DNA from: Octopus bimaculoides
Taxonomy: Eukaryota
Length of the DNA: 60,028 nt
NCBI RefSeq assembly: GCF_001194135.2
Contig: NC_068995.1
Span: 18,165,365-18,225,392, forward strand
Direction of reading: 5' to 3'
In this document: one piece after another, positions 26,566 through 40,479 of the stretch
Numbering within the stretch: the first letter of the stretch is position 1
Layout of the letters: every line of letters starts with the position of its first letter
Notes under the pieces: generated by a model
Told to the model about the DNA's origin: nothing
The model's input: only the letters and a program-made list of their open reading frames with translations
The model's database searches: none
Program-made: the position numbers and the translations under genes

Positions 26566-27010
26566 CGGCGAGCTGTCAGAATCGTTAGCATGCCGGGCAA
26601 AATGCTTCGTGGCAGTTCGTCCATCTTTAATTTCTGAGTTCAAATTCCATTGAGGTTGACTTTGCCATCCATCCTTCCGAAGTCGATGAAATAAGTACCA
26701 GTTGAGCACTGGGTTCAATATAGTCGAATTACATCCTCCCCCGAAATTGTTGGACTTGTGTCAAAATTTAAAACCAATATACAAACACCCTAAGATGGTG
26801 AACTGATCGGATCGTCAGCAAGCTGGGTAAAATGCTTAGCGTCCTTTCGTCCGTCTTTACAGTCTGCCTTCAAATTCCGCTGAGTTCGACTTCGCCTTTC
26901 ATCGTATAGAAATCGATAAAACAATTATCAGTTGAGCTCTAGCGTTCATGTAATCGACTTACCCCATTCCCCGATCTTGCTAAACTTATGCCAAAATTGG
27001 AAACAAATAT
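26566..27010 (+). mobile_element. Two tandem family A SINEs (26566-26780, 26791-27010)
   Basis: Both match the family A unit and end in AAACCAATAT / AAACAAATAT. Confidence 0.85.
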
Positions 27011-27788
27011 GAAAAACACTCCTATAATTTTATCGCTTGACCACAAATAGATGTATTTTCCTCTATCATTAACTCGCCTCTCATATATATAAGGACTAAA
27101 GTCTGCATTGTGTTTTTCTCTGATGGATAAGGTATCTGTTTACGTAGCATCTACAAATGCAACTGGTTTATTTAGATATGAACAACAAATACCTTACTTA
27201 TTCTGGCTGCAATTACAGTGATTTGTAGTCTCTGCAGTTTTAAGTACACCTCCAATAAGCAATAGTTGCTGAATTTCTTCTGTTACTTTTATAACAATTT
27301 ACTGTTCTACGGAATCATCCCCTATAGCAATTTTATTACCCCGGAAAATCTTCTCTTTTGCACTCCACATAAAATGATTACGAATACACCGACGTGGACA
27401 TAGCCTTTTTATAGGTACCATTCCAGTATTGAGGATCTCCCTCACCTCTTCTCCGAGGCAAGCACACACACACACACACACACATTCCCGCTCTCCCTCT
27501 CTCTTTCCCCTCTTCTTGCCGCTTCCTACTTTCCTATCTTTTTTTCTGGATTATACTAGTAATGCGAATACCCTGTCTTTTCACAGTCTAACACGAATAC
27601 CAATACTGATTCTGTCTGATGGAATATGTCTATGCTATATGCGTGTGTTGAATATTCAGTTGCATGCATTTTAACCTTGTTGTTTCTTAGAAGCATAGAT
27701 GCCCTTTACAGGTCGTCCTTGACCAATGTTATCAATTCCTCTGTTGTTCTCGCTTTACTTCACTAAATTAACTGTGAAAGATACTTAC

Positions 27789-27878
27789 ATTGTTATTTTC
27801 CATACAATGTGTTTACATTCTGAGATGGAGCGTTTAGACATAGTCTTTAGTGGCTGGGTTTGATTGCTTAAAGCGTAG
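27789..27878 (-). other. Candidate 90-nt spliced exon (coding status unknown)
   Basis: Acceptor TACTAAG...TTATCCTTTTCTCAG, donor AAT|GTAAGT. One open frame, YALSNQTQPLKTMSKRSISECKHIVWKIT; no homology recognised. Confidence 0.3.
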
Positions 27879-29184
27879 CTGAGAAAAGGATAACCGGGGA
27901 TTGAGACTTAGTATTTAAGTTGAGTTATATGAACACAGCTAGATATAAAACGTAAAAGCTATCATTATCGCAGTAAAAATGAGCAAGGAAACTAGTACCG
28001 TGGGCTGGTGGCTGGAGTGTGTCTCATTCACGTTATGTCAAACAATTGCACAACTCGTTTCTAGCAGTCACATAATTCGGAGTGTGACAATAATGCCCTT
28101 TTGTATACCTCCCTTGAGATTTGAAAATCCCCAACAATTGATGAAGAAGAAAAGGCTGGTTTTGAAGAATTGTGCGAAGTATTTCTATAAGGTCTTAGCT
28201 ATGATGAAAATAAATGTTTTGAACGCACGATTCATCATTTGGAGTGAAAGGGCACACCTTTGCCGCTGCTCCTGATTTATGGTATGTGTTGCGATTATGG
28301 GAGAAGCATTTGTGCTATATTGATACAGAGAGAAATTAACGTACTTCATTCAGACGGACGGATGACACTCCAAAAACCCCACCACCACAACCACTACCAC
28401 CGCCGCCACCACGACTATGAATGAATTATTGAATATTAATCGTTTGAATTTACGTAAGTAGACATAGGATTCCTGCTGCCTATTTTGTACTATCCACAAA
28501 AGAATTACCCTATAGCACATTCAGCTTATAATGAATTTGTGTTTAGTTGGCTGATATCCTTAGAATTGTATGGGAAATTAATCGGAAGTTGTCGAGTTTC
28601 CACTTTCCGAAATGATATTGAAATGAAACAATCATTTGAAACTATAATCGGAAATGACTTACTTGTTTAGTTATTATGTTATTAGTTTGTTTTGATGAGA
28701 ATTAAATATGTATTTCAAAGAAAGGGGGAAATGTTAATTTGTGACAGTCATGATTGTTGTTATTGTTTAACACAAGCCGGCTGTTATCTGGCAGAAAGAT
28801 CATCAAAGGCGTCTCAGCCTTTGTTATCCTATGTTTTATTTTCAGACATAATGTATCAAGTATTCATAAGTTATGGGTAATGTACCGGAAGCGGGATGAT
28901 AAAAATCTTAATTAATTGAATTTTCATTCTTACTTGAAGAAAGAAAATAAACCCTAGCAGCAAATGCAAGTGATTCTAAAAGAAAATATTTAGTGTCAAG
29001 AACTTAAGGATTTCTAAATTTAGTTTATATACCAAGGGATATAAGAACCCGATTTTTATTTGAAGTCAAAGGGAAAACAATGAAAATGTTTCACTCTTAG
29101 ACACCTTCAGTATAACATTATCTGGACGAGGCTGCGCGATCAATAAGGAAAGAATTTTATATAGAGAAAGAATACCTAGTTTAT

Positions 29185-29797
29185 TCTTGTACTTCTTCCA
29201 GTCATTAGACGGCAGCCATGCTTGAGCACTGCCGCCTTGAAGAGTTTTAATTTAAGGAATCGACCTTAGTAATTATTCTTTGTTAAGCCTAGTACCTATT
29301 CTATTGTTCTCTTTTGCCGACCCACTGAGTTACAGAGACGTAAACACACCAACACTGGTTGTCAAGCAGTGGAGGGTGACAAAGATAGATGCACAAATAT
29401 ATATAGAGAGAGTCAAGACTATTGAAAAGGCTGCAAGATGCAACTAAAATTTTATGAAAATAAAAATATGGAATAAGTGGAAATTTTACCGGTGAGTGTG
29501 TTAAATTAGAAGGCAAAAAGAAAATGTCTGTCCCCAGGGACAACTGTATATATATATATATATATATNNNNNNNNNNNNNNNNNNNNNNNNNNNNNNNNN
29601 NNNNNNNNNNNNNNNNNNNNNNNNATATACTCGACAGGCTTATTTCAGTTTCCATCACCCATATCTACTCACCAGGCTCTGGTTGGCCCGAGGCTATAGT
29701 AGATGACACCTGCCCAAGGTACCACACATTGGAACTGAACCCGGAACCATGTGGTTAGGAAGCAAGTTTCTTACCGCTCAACCACCACTGCGCCTAT
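29185..29797 (-). mobile_element. tRNA-derived SINE, family B (interrupted by other sequence and a gap)
   Basis: Head rc GGCGCAGTGGTGGTTGAGCGGTAAGAAACTTGCTTCCTAACCACATGGTTCCGGGTTCAGTTCC at 29797-29730; tail matches the copies at 48594 and 51045. Confidence 0.85.
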
Positions 29798-29999
29798 AAA
29801 AAGTAGACTGTGATGTTATTGGAAGGATGGTGGATAAACTTGTGGGCTTTTACTGAGTCAACCGCTTGATGTCGAAACTTTAGTATGTTTACATAACATC
29901 GACACTTTACTATGTTTACAATTTCTTTTGTAGTTGGGCTCTAACCGTGCTCTTTACAAGCCACCCGAGATTTGTTATATATTACTCCGAGTGGTGTTA

Positions 30000-30165
30000 T
30001 CATCTTGGTTGTTGCTTTCACAACGTTTCAGCTGTGTACGCTCTAGTCTTCTTTTGTGTCATGTAATTCACCTTAGTTCCTTGCCTGGGATAGAACTTAG
30101 TACCTCTAGGTGACTGCAATGAATTAACTAGCGCACTGTGCTAACTATTTATTCTGGTGGACCCC
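30000..30165 (-). mobile_element. Decayed copy related to the tRNA/HHR element at 10.6-11.1 kb
   Basis: TCATCTTGGTTGTTGCTTTCACAACGTTTCAGCTGTGTACGCTCTAGTCTTC aligns to 10633-10685; a tRNA-like remnant lies near 30080-30150. Confidence 0.55.
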
Positions 30166-30495
30166 ATAACCTTTCGAGTTTTAAAAACTAGTTTTATGGA
30201 AATTTATTTCGAAATTCCTATTTTGTTTGTCACACATTATCTTTAGTGGGTACAACAATGTGAAATGTTGAAGGAAGAAATCTAGCTGTTTCTTGCAATA
30301 TATTTCAATACATACATCTAAACCAAGATTTTTGACGGGTCGATTAAATTTCTAAATTGAATCCCCGATTTACTATTTTGTTGCGTTGGCACCACTAAGA
30401 TTTTATATGAAACCACAGGGTCCATATGGCTCCTGTTTGAGAACCACTAGGCTAGATAAAGAGGTATATAATTACAGGAGTTGGAATTATTGGAA

Positions 30496-31330
30496 TTAGA
30501 ATTCCTTTTGTCCGCCTACAATGAATTCCTTTTGTCCATCAACAATGAGTTTTGGGTTTATCATGTATTTAATGAACAATGGCAGAAATAGTGGGGGAAA
30601 CAAAACCCGCTATATGCAATGCCTGGCGAATCCCTTTAAATAAGTAATAATAAAGATAACTATTAATACACCAGCAGGTCTCCGCTGGAAACAGAAATGC
30701 AACGTCCCTTTCCAACTGAGCAACGGCAGTACTTAACCACAAAAACTATGGATTAGTATTGTGAATATAAAAAAGTTACTGACATTAAATGCAGACAATG
30801 TATTCAGAACAATGCCCCTGTCGAATTCTTCACCTCCGCTTCTGTAGCATAAGTCAATACTATACATAATATTTTGTAATATACCTATCAAAACAGATAC
30901 GAATATCATGACAAAAGCAAAATACATATTCTGACTTCTCGTCACTTTCTAAAAATATTGGCAGAAAGGACACAGAGAAATACTTAAACTGCACAAATGT
31001 GTAATTAAAAGTGCCATTATTCCAGATGAAATTAAAGCAGTACAAATAATAATCGAAGAATTAGATATGATTAAAAAGTAAATGTCAAATATATGAGGAG
31101 AAACCCTACCTGCTACTAACCTGAACGATAGTTGCAAATATAGTTGTCTTAGCTGCAGCCCATTATATTATTCCAATTCAATTCAAATGTGGCACTCCCT
31201 GAGAAAAAGAAATAAAAATCATCCAATACCTAAAATTGCAGTAACATTATTAAATCTCACATAATACTGATTCCAAATGTTGGCATAATGCCAGCAATTT
31301 CGGGAAGGGTTACATCGATTTCTTCGATTC
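30496..31330 (-). pseudogene. Intronless multi-pass membrane protein pseudogene, MFS transporter-like (SLC46/PCFT-like C-terminal half by eye)
   Basis: One frame, 31167 to 30496 (224 codons), has only three internal stops and several hydrophobic segments, e.g. GEEFDRGIVLNTLSAFNVSNFFIFTILIHSFCG*VLPLLSWKGTLHF...PAGVLIVIF, echoing SLC46 E..QG...SA...N....S.Y......KG..F...PA.LI. Confidence 0.45.
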
Positions 31331-31339
31331 TAGTGTTCA

Positions 31340-31408
31340 ACAGGTACTTAAATTTTGGACCCTCAAAGGATGAAAAGCAAAGCTGACCTCGGGTGAATTT
31401 GAACGCAA
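31340..31408 (-). mobile_element. Family A SINE fragment
   Basis: GGTACTTAAATTTTGGACCCTCAAAGGATGAAAAGCAAAGCTGACCTCGGGTGAATTTGAAC. Confidence 0.75.
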
Positions 31409-32027
31409 TGGCAGGAATGACAAATATCATCACCCAAGGAAATAGCACAGCTCAGTTGCATATATTCCGCATTACAATCGAAACCATGCAATCATAAAAT
31501 ATCACGAAAAACGCCAAACCTAACGCCTATCATTACACCAACTGACTATACCACAAGCACTGGAAAAGATGGAGTTTCATTAAAAAAGATGGAGTTTCAT
31601 TTAAGGATGTATCAAAAGGAGGCATTAAATTATTGAAAAGTATATTGTAATAATGATAATAAGGAAGAATTTCCATGTTATACATATGATAATAAAAACG
31701 GTTTACTGAGTGGTTTTTCATATACTATATTTTACTCGATGAACAGGGGCTATACTTTGGCACTGACGTCAGAAGCTTTTAATAAATCATATGAAGCACT
31801 GGAGTACAGTAATCTGCAGCTTTTATAGTCAATCACTATCAAATGCCACATGATTTCCATGTACAGAAAGGTAATTCGAAGCAGCGTATGACAGCATTAC
31901 CATAAGTACTCAAACTTTATAGAACACTTAAATGTTTATAAAATTCCACATACACTCAGAGCGAATAAACTTGCGTACGTACATATATCCACATGTATAA
32001 ACAGAGAGGGTGATAGAGAGCGAGAGC

Positions 32028-32080
<53 letters not shown>

Positions 32081-34377
32081 NNNNNNNNNNNNNNNNNNNN
32101 NNNNNNNNNNNNNNNNNNNNNNNNNNNNNNNNNNNNNNNNNNNNNNNNNNNNNNNNNNNNNNNNNNNNNNNNNNNNNNNNNNNNNNNNNNNNNNNNNNNN
32201 NNNNNNNNNNNNNNNNNNNNNNNNNNNNNNNNNNNNNNNNNNNNNNNNNNNNNNNNNNNNNNNNNNNNNNNNNNNNNNNNNNNNNNNNNNNNNNNNNNNN
32301 NNNNNNNNNNNNNNNNNNNNNNNNNNNNNNNNNNNNNNNNNNNNNNNNNNNNNNNNNNNNNNNNNNNNNNNNNNNNNNNNNNNNNNNNNNNNNNNNNNNN
32401 NNNNNNNNNNNNNNNNNNNNNNNNNNNNNNNNNNNNNNNNNNNNNNNNNNNNNNNNNNNNNNNNNNNNNNNNNNNNNNNNNNNNNNNNNNNNNNNNNNNN
32501 NNNNNNNNNNNNNNNNNNNNNNNNNNNNNNNNNNNNNNNNNNNNNNNNNNNNNNNNNNNNNNNNNNNNNNNNNNNNNNNNNNNNNNNNNNNNNNNNNNNN
32601 NNNNNNNNNNNNNNNNNNNNNNNNNNNNNNNNNNNNNNNNNNNNNNNNNNNNNNNNTATATATATATTAGGCGTACATCAAGTTATGTCTTTTCCATTTA
32701 GGTCGCGTTCTACCTTGCGCTTTTTCCTTTCTTTCAAAGAAACTAGAGGGAAATATTTATTTCAGCTTCAGCTGATATGTTCAACTTTATATCAGTGTCA
32801 TCGAACACATATAAAATGATAAAAGTGAAAAAGAAGTGAAATACTAAAATCGAATACTAGAGCATGAAATAAAATACATGTGAAAATATGTACAAAAACT
32901 TATTAATACATATGAGTTAATATGAGTTTTTAAATGTTTTTTTCGCGTTACGTCCATTTTTTGAGTTACCTTACACATCTTGGAACCAATTATTGATATT
33001 CCCTTGATATATATTTCTGACAATCTGTAATAACTTTTATAGGTGATGCGAAGCGTCATCTTTTGGTTATTGTATATCCGTAAAGTGATTCGAACCTACA
33101 ATTCCGACTAGTTTAGCGGTAAATGAGAGATACGAAATTAGAACTTAATAGATAATGAATAGGAAATTCATATATTCGAGTATTCAGTATCATGCTCAAT
33201 AATAAGGAATAACAATGTAAACTGAATTTAACATTATCTTACTTCTTCTGGTAAATCAACTGAGTTCAAATGCCACCAACTGAAGTAGATTTTCATAAAT
33301 GATTTTGTACAAAAGTATAGAATTTATATAGACATATACTTCGTTTCCTAAACAAGTTTATTTAGACGTTTGGTTTAATATTTGAACAGTGGTGCAATCT
33401 ATGACATTCACATGACACGCTTGTTTATTAGATAATATATCTCAAGTGAAATCAACAACAATAACAACAAAATATGCTTGATTTCTTTTTCTTATGAGCA
33501 CTACTTTTCTTTAAAAAAAGTTACAACGGAAAGTTATCAATCCGAACATTTTAGGAAGATTTTTTTTCCTTCCTCATCTCGTATTACACGTTAAATATTA
33601 ATCAATATGCCAGCCGATCGATCAATTAATACACTCTTTAACTTGTCTTCTCAAACATCTTTCTCTATCTTCAAGCCTGTTAATTGAAACGAAACAGTCA
33701 CATGTGAACTAAGAAATGAGTTGATCCAAAAGAAAATAAAAAATGAGAAAGAAAATGTGTCAATGAAAAAAGAAAATGTTATTAATTTTTAAAAAACGAC
33801 AACTAAAATACTTAAAAAAATAACAGAAATAAAATTAAAATCAAAATTCTTTCAAGTACCACATTCCTAAAATATTTCCGTTTAACTGAAATTAGATATT
33901 GAAGTTTTTTCGCCGTTTGAATAATGCTTTGGAGGTTGTTATCAACGTTTTCTCTCAACACACCACTGAAAAAAAAAAAAAAAAGGCAAAAAGAAATAAA
34001 TATATTTCTCGCAGAAAAAAAAAAGATAATAACAAACAATATATTACCTTACTTCTTTACTCTTCTGATCAACTTAAATGTTTTGTGGTCGTCATCGTTG
34101 TTATAGTTTTTTTTTTTTATTATTGTAGTCGTTCTTTTGTCTCATCATTAAATTAACTTGGAATAATATTCTTTATGGACTAACTAGCTGGAGTTGATTG
34201 ATGTCTTGTCTAGCGCTAACGTCTACCACTACACTTGATCTTTGTCGGTGGAACAATGAATTAAATTTCCATTCTCACACAAACACATAAACACACACAA
34301 AATCTACTCAACATTCCTGTTTTCGCCAAAACGTTTAGGTATATGACGGACGAGTAATATATANNNNNNNNNNTCTT

Positions 34378-34423
<46 letters not shown>

Positions 34424-34426
34424 TAA

Positions 34427-34469
<43 letters not shown>

Positions 34470-35109
34470 CGTATATACATAAGTGAGCATGTACTTACGT
34501 ATTCATGCAGGTATATGTATACATATATCTATTTGTATACGTGTATGTATTATGAATGTCTATAGATAGGTAGGTATTTGAAAAGAATTTTCTTTATATC
34601 CATATCAATGAACACGCATGAAGGGACGTCCTGCCTGCATATAGATGGTGCTACTGTAGATGAAAATTGAGAAATCAGTCAAAAATCACACTGTAAATCT
34701 AATAGTATTACGAGCTTCATGGTCATTCTTTCACTATTGGCTGTTATCTCCATAACAATAAGCTATAAACAACATTCAACTTGCCGAACACCGATCATCA
34801 TTAAAGAAATGCATATGAATCCATTTTAGTAATGAACTAAATTCAGGGCTCATGATAAAGGATTCATAATCCGTATTAAATTAAGGTTTAACTGCACCTG
34901 GCAGCCTTCTGTGTTTCTTGTGTCAACCAATTTCATTCAAAATTTTAAGTTCAACCATGTCTTTAGTAAAAGCAACATATATGATATGCCATTTAATACA
35001 ATTGAACGCTTGTTGTAGGCGGTGTCTTCTTCTAATTGCAGGAAGAGCACGCTTGAGGTGGATCCTGGTGAAGAGCTTGTTTGGGATAGAGAGGAGGGTA
35101 TTCCCCTGT

Positions 35110-36090
35110 GTTTGCTGCAGACCAGTTGACGCACTTTTGTTTCCCCGGCATCTTCAACTATGTCATCCGTTATCGGATGGATGTGAGCGATTCTCTGTCG
35201 ATACCTTCGGGAAATGCCCCTTACCGACCTGGAGTAAGCGGACGATACCACTCTCATCAACAACTAGATCAACCAGCTCAGGGACACATTCACTATTTAC
35301 AGAGGAGAATCAGCAGAGCTTGGTTTTCTTTGTGCTGGGCGAAGACCAAGCTTATGCATGTCGAAGATGTCTCCGACTATCCCTCGCTCCATATTGACAC
35401 AGACGTCATAGAATTCATGAGCTCCTTCATCAGCATGGGCTTCACAGTCATAACAAAGGAGACGTGACTCCGGAGATCGACCGCAGATGTGGTCTTACCG
35501 TTTGGGTCATGTACTCCTTATAGAAGCTCCGCTGGCGCTAATATCCTATCTCCCGGTAGACGAAACTCTGAATCCACAACACATCGGTCTTTTCAATTCT
35601 TCTCTAAGGAGCAGGAACGTCGATTCTCTTGAAGATTTTGCAAAGAGCATCAACGGCTTCGATACCAGAGACCTGAGAATCATCAAATACATCACATGGT
35701 AACATCATGTTTCTAACAAGGAAATGCGTTCTCGCGCGCATCAGCCCGCTGCCTCCCACATCATAGCTATCCGTCGCATGCACATGTAGGTCATGTCCTC
35801 CCTCTCATGCTGGATCAACCTATCAGGCCTTTAATTCCATTTGATGCAGCAGCAGGTTGGAAGAGCGTATGTGGCAGGCGCAGCACGAGATGGATGAACG
35901 TGACTAGGGAAGATCTACATTGTCTCAACATCACTTTGGCAGATGCATTGGGGCTGGCACGCGGAAGCGAGCGATGGAAAGCAATGGTGGACCTGGTGGG
36001 ATCTACGCATGCTGATGCCTCTGGGACAACTAACTTAGAATTACCCCAATCTCATCAAGCAAGAGCATGAAGCTAAGCTAAGAAGAAGTG
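35110..36090 (+). mobile_element. 5'-truncated RTE-clade LINE (RT domain C-terminal half and 3' tail)
   Basis: PGIFNYVI, LTDLE*ADDTTL (YADD), WAKTKLMHV, GFDTRDLRII, AGWK...GRRSTRW, LVGSTH; tail GCTAAGCTAAGAAGAAG. Confidence 0.9.
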
Positions 36091-36840
36091 TCCTTATGAT
36101 TGCGAAACAAACATTTTCAGCATTCGGGAAGGATGCATAGCATGTTTGTATTATATACACTATGAGAATGGTGAATGACAAAATACAAGTAATATATTTC
36201 TCCTTGACATCTGATATAAACTCACATACAAAGAAGATGCATACTGCATGGTTGACTGCTAATTCAAAAGCTCATATCGTTGTCCAATTACAGCTACTTT
36301 ATTACCGTGCTTTTAATGAGCAGAAAATATTAAAAAACAATAGTTTTTTTTTTGTTTGTTTAGTTGGGAATGTTGAGGACTAATGTAATACTGTTACACG
36401 TTTGTGATATTGATGCTAGAGTGGAAAAATAACAATCATTTTTAGTATGCACCATTTTGATTCCATGAGACATTGTTGATATCATTGTATGTTGACGTAA
36501 CATACGTCAACGTTAAAGTATCTGAAATGCTATGCATTAAGCATTGAATGAAATAAAAATATACTTATAGAACTTCACAAGATTGTATAGTATAGGAAAA
36601 CCGGACAGCGTTGATTGACTCACACTACAAATGGAAATAGTCATTATAGGCACGAGACGTTTCTGTTGCCAATGATTTTTATGAAGTTTTGACAAGCATG
36701 TGTTAGGTCAGAGTTGAAAATCGTTAGTCTGTAATGAAAATGATATGCAATGTTTGTTTTATCTCTTTGCATTCCGCATTTGAATCCAACAAACAACATT
36801 TTCCTTCAATTTCTCTGGCGCCTTAAAATTATACCCGTCT

Positions 36841-37180
36841 CAATAGTGTCCGGGATTGTATTTATCGACTACTGTACAGGAGCCAGGCCAATAATTTAGT
36901 TCGATGTTTTTTCGATGTTTTTTCGACTTAGTTTTGGAATTCCTGCAACAACACTGGTGTGGAAGAGCACTGACTCTTTGCTTTCCTTTGGACAACTGTT
37001 GATGTAGGGAGGAGTTTTACTATAAAGAGAACATCTAGTTTCCCATAAAACTTTACTCAGATCTGCTCCAATAAAACGAAAACTGCCCAGCAGTCCAAAC
37101 ACAAGGAAAAAAGAAATATTCTTAAAAATCCAATCCAAACAATCTATCCATGGTACATTGAAGTAACGTGCCACTTAGAA
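36841..37180 (-). mobile_element. Possible Tc1/mariner-family transposase C-terminal relic
   Basis: 92-aa ORF containing ADLSKVLWETRCSLYSKTPPYI, loosely like PDL....LW....VY...P.TI; nearby end TAGTGTCCGGGA is Tc1-like. Confidence 0.3.
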
Positions 37181-39412
37181 AAGTATAGACATTCCTTAGT
37201 CAACGTGTTAAATTCAATGTCGTTTTTCTGAGTTTAGATGTAAATTCAATGTGTGTAACCATATAAATAATTCTGATATTGATCCAGACATTTCTATTAG
37301 AAAATATCATTTAAATTAATTTCTAATATAAATTTACGGATTGTACACTTTTATTAACATATAATATATTAATGAAATGTTATTGTAATAACACACTTGA
37401 CGATAAAATTGCAAATGTCAATTGAAAGTTTAGAAATATTTAATAATCTTTCATAGCCTAAATATGCAAAGAAAATATTATCGATACTCTCATACATGGA
37501 TACACGCAAGCACAAAGTTACACACATACACGCGTATTCATGGATATGCGAAAAAGAATAGAGACACACGTTTATACATTTACAAAATGAAATACAAACA
37601 CAAGCAGATACACGTACATACACAAGAGCACTTTACTCTCGAACGTTTTACTCTATTGATGCAAATACCTTAATATTTGCTGCTCTTATTGTTTCCAAAG
37701 TTAAAATATTTTTCTGAGATTGTAAACTCAATTTATTTATTAAATTTTTGTAAATATGTCATGTGCTGTCTACATCAGGAATATTTCTCAAACATCAGCT
37801 CTCATTACAATTATATCAGTCTGTAATAAGTGTTTATGAGTTATATACTAAAATAGGTAAATCACGGATTGCTGTATGTGAAAAGCATTTCGAAGTTAGC
37901 TCTTCACTGATATCGTGACATTGTAACATTTTCGAAAACAATAATTATAGAATAAGATTGAGCTACATCAGACGATAGAAACATATAATTCAAAACAGCA
38001 CAAACTAAAAAAATAAACAAACAAATATAATTAAGAAAACAAGGTATCCTAAAATGAAATATAGGTGCACGCATAGAAAACATTTGGATTCAAGTCTAAT
38101 TATACAGAGGAAAAGTTATGAACACAAGCACGAACAAACAGATTTCGAGTTCTATTCCCAAACCTGATGAAAACAAAAATAAAATATAACTGCAGAGCAA
38201 TATTACAATTATAACATTTTTATGTGAAATGGAATTTCTCTCGTGACAGCACGATTTCATCTTCAGATAACCATTTTTTTTATATATTCTCGTTATATAT
38301 TCTTAATTCTTATTTCTGATTCAGTCTCGGCTATTGATTTTAGTATTGGTCTTGTTATTAGTAGTTCAGGAGAGACAAAAAAAAAAAACAGAAAAAAAAA
38401 AAGAAAACCAAACCAAATGAAATACAAAATAATTTCAAACTGATTGAAAACGTCATGAAAGCTGACATATAATAAGAAATAAAGAAGGCAGTTGGGCTAA
38501 GTTCGGTCAATTATAGTATAGGACCTGTCTGCGTCATTTATAGTCTGGATTATAAGACTGGAAATCAAAGAGAAATATATTTAGAAATGTTTAAATATAT
38601 TCAACTTTTTGGCAATAAACACGAAGAGATAAGCAATACTGTCAATTGTCTCGCCCAGGGACACAATCCGATGCATGCAAAATATTATCATGAATCATAT
38701 ATTATAAAATAAATTATATTTGATATGAAAAATATATATATATTTCAGAGACTCATCTTCGTATATTTATTTATCTAGTCAAGTAAGGAGACATAAATAA
38801 CGAAACTGGAAATCTGGCAATATATCTTAGATGTGATAAAATGATTTGTTAGTAAGTCACAAGGCTCCAAATCTGTAGATGTGCAGATACGATATTTGAG
38901 ACGTTCAATTATATTTTATAATTCATTTTGTGAAATAATGAACCTCTTCACATTTTTCTAGGCTATCAGAAGTTTTGTGTATTGTGTTTATATAAGATGC
39001 TCATCTTGATGAATAGAAATATTGAAGTTTGCAAATTGATATATTTTTGAAAAAAAAAAAAGGGTCAGTAAAACAGTCAATAAAAATAAAGAATATTAGA
39101 TGAAGTAATCTTCTAAGAGCCATGTGTGGTACAGTTGGACATGATTTTAATTACCAGAAGCTATATAATGTGACATCGAATGACTTCACAGTTGAAAAAT
39201 TATAGATAAATAGACTACTCTACGTCTCAGTTATATACAGAGATATCTTTTTACTAAGATATAGAGCAGACATTTTATAATTGAATTTTGTATTGTGGGT
39301 ATGTTTTGTGAAAACCGTTATGTGATAATATTCCACTGCAACAAACATTTGAACTTTCTAAACAAGTGTTTGCGATTAATATATTCCCTAACCAAAACAG
39401 GAAGATAATACT

Positions 39413-40035
39413 GGCTGCACATTTTGGCACACGGACAACAATTTTGGTGCAAGGGTAAGTCGATGACATGGAACCCAGTACTAAAATCTTACTTATTTTA
39501 TCGACTCCCGACAGGATGAAAGGCATAGTCGGTTTCGTCGGCGTTTCAACTCAAAACGTACATGCGCTAAGCATTTTGCCTGGCGCGATTGTGCCAGCTC
39601 GTCACTTTAAACCGGAAGATAATATTCTTTTCTGCTCTAGGCACAGGGTTTGAAATGTTAGAGAAGGGGACCAGTCGATTAGATCGACCACAGTTTGCAA
39701 CTGGTACTTAATTTATCGATTCCGAAAGGATGAAATGCAAAGTCGACCTCGGCTGAATTTGAACTCAGAACGTAAAGACAGACGAACCGGAAGATAATAT
39801 TTATTTCTTTATTTCCCACAGGGGGATAAACATAGAGAGGACAAACAAGGACAGACAAACTGATTAAGTCACTTACATCATCACCAGTGTGTAACTGGTA
39901 CTTATTCAATCGACCCTGAAAGGATGAAAGGCAAAGTTAACCTCGGTGGAGTTTGAACTCAGAACGTAACGCTTGACGAAATACCGCTAAGCATTTCGTC
40001 CGGCGTGTTAACGATTCTTCCAGCTCGCCGCCCTA
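39413..40035 (-). mobile_element. Three stacked family A SINEs (39413-39609, 39627-39784, 39802-40035)
   Basis: Each matches the family A core; copies are bounded by four repeats of (A)AC(C)GGAAGATAATATT. Confidence 0.9.
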
Positions 40036-40479
40036 TCCGGAAGTTAATATTATAGTGTTAATACTATGTAAATTTTCAGTTCTGTTAAGTCCAATAATTT
40101 TTGGTAACTATAATGGGTTTGGTATTTGACTTGTTTCCATGAAGTCAAATAGTTTTGATCGAGAGCTATAGTGCATTGTGCTACTGTTCATATGATAAAG
40201 AGTGGATGATTTCATTTCCTACCAAATTACTGTATTGCTCTGACTCTCAAATAATATTCCAGTAATCTGCATTTTCTCTTAAATATCATTAACACCGAAT
40301 GAAGTCCTAAATATTTTTATGCATTAGAATATCTTTAAGAACATATTGGATAAATTGATAGCATGTTGTCATCTTAATGTGACAGTTTCATGAAAGGGAA
40401 GAATGCTACTGTTATTTAGTCCTAGGAAACACCGTTTCCTGATGGACTTGACATATTTCCTGTGTCCTTATGTCTTCAA

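Noticed and set aside
33812-33965. Terminal exon with Cys-loop receptor M4-like ending (VVLERILILIL)
   Set aside because: The acceptor tract is a simple A-run, the hydrophobic tail comes from T-rich DNA, and no upstream receptor exons are seen.
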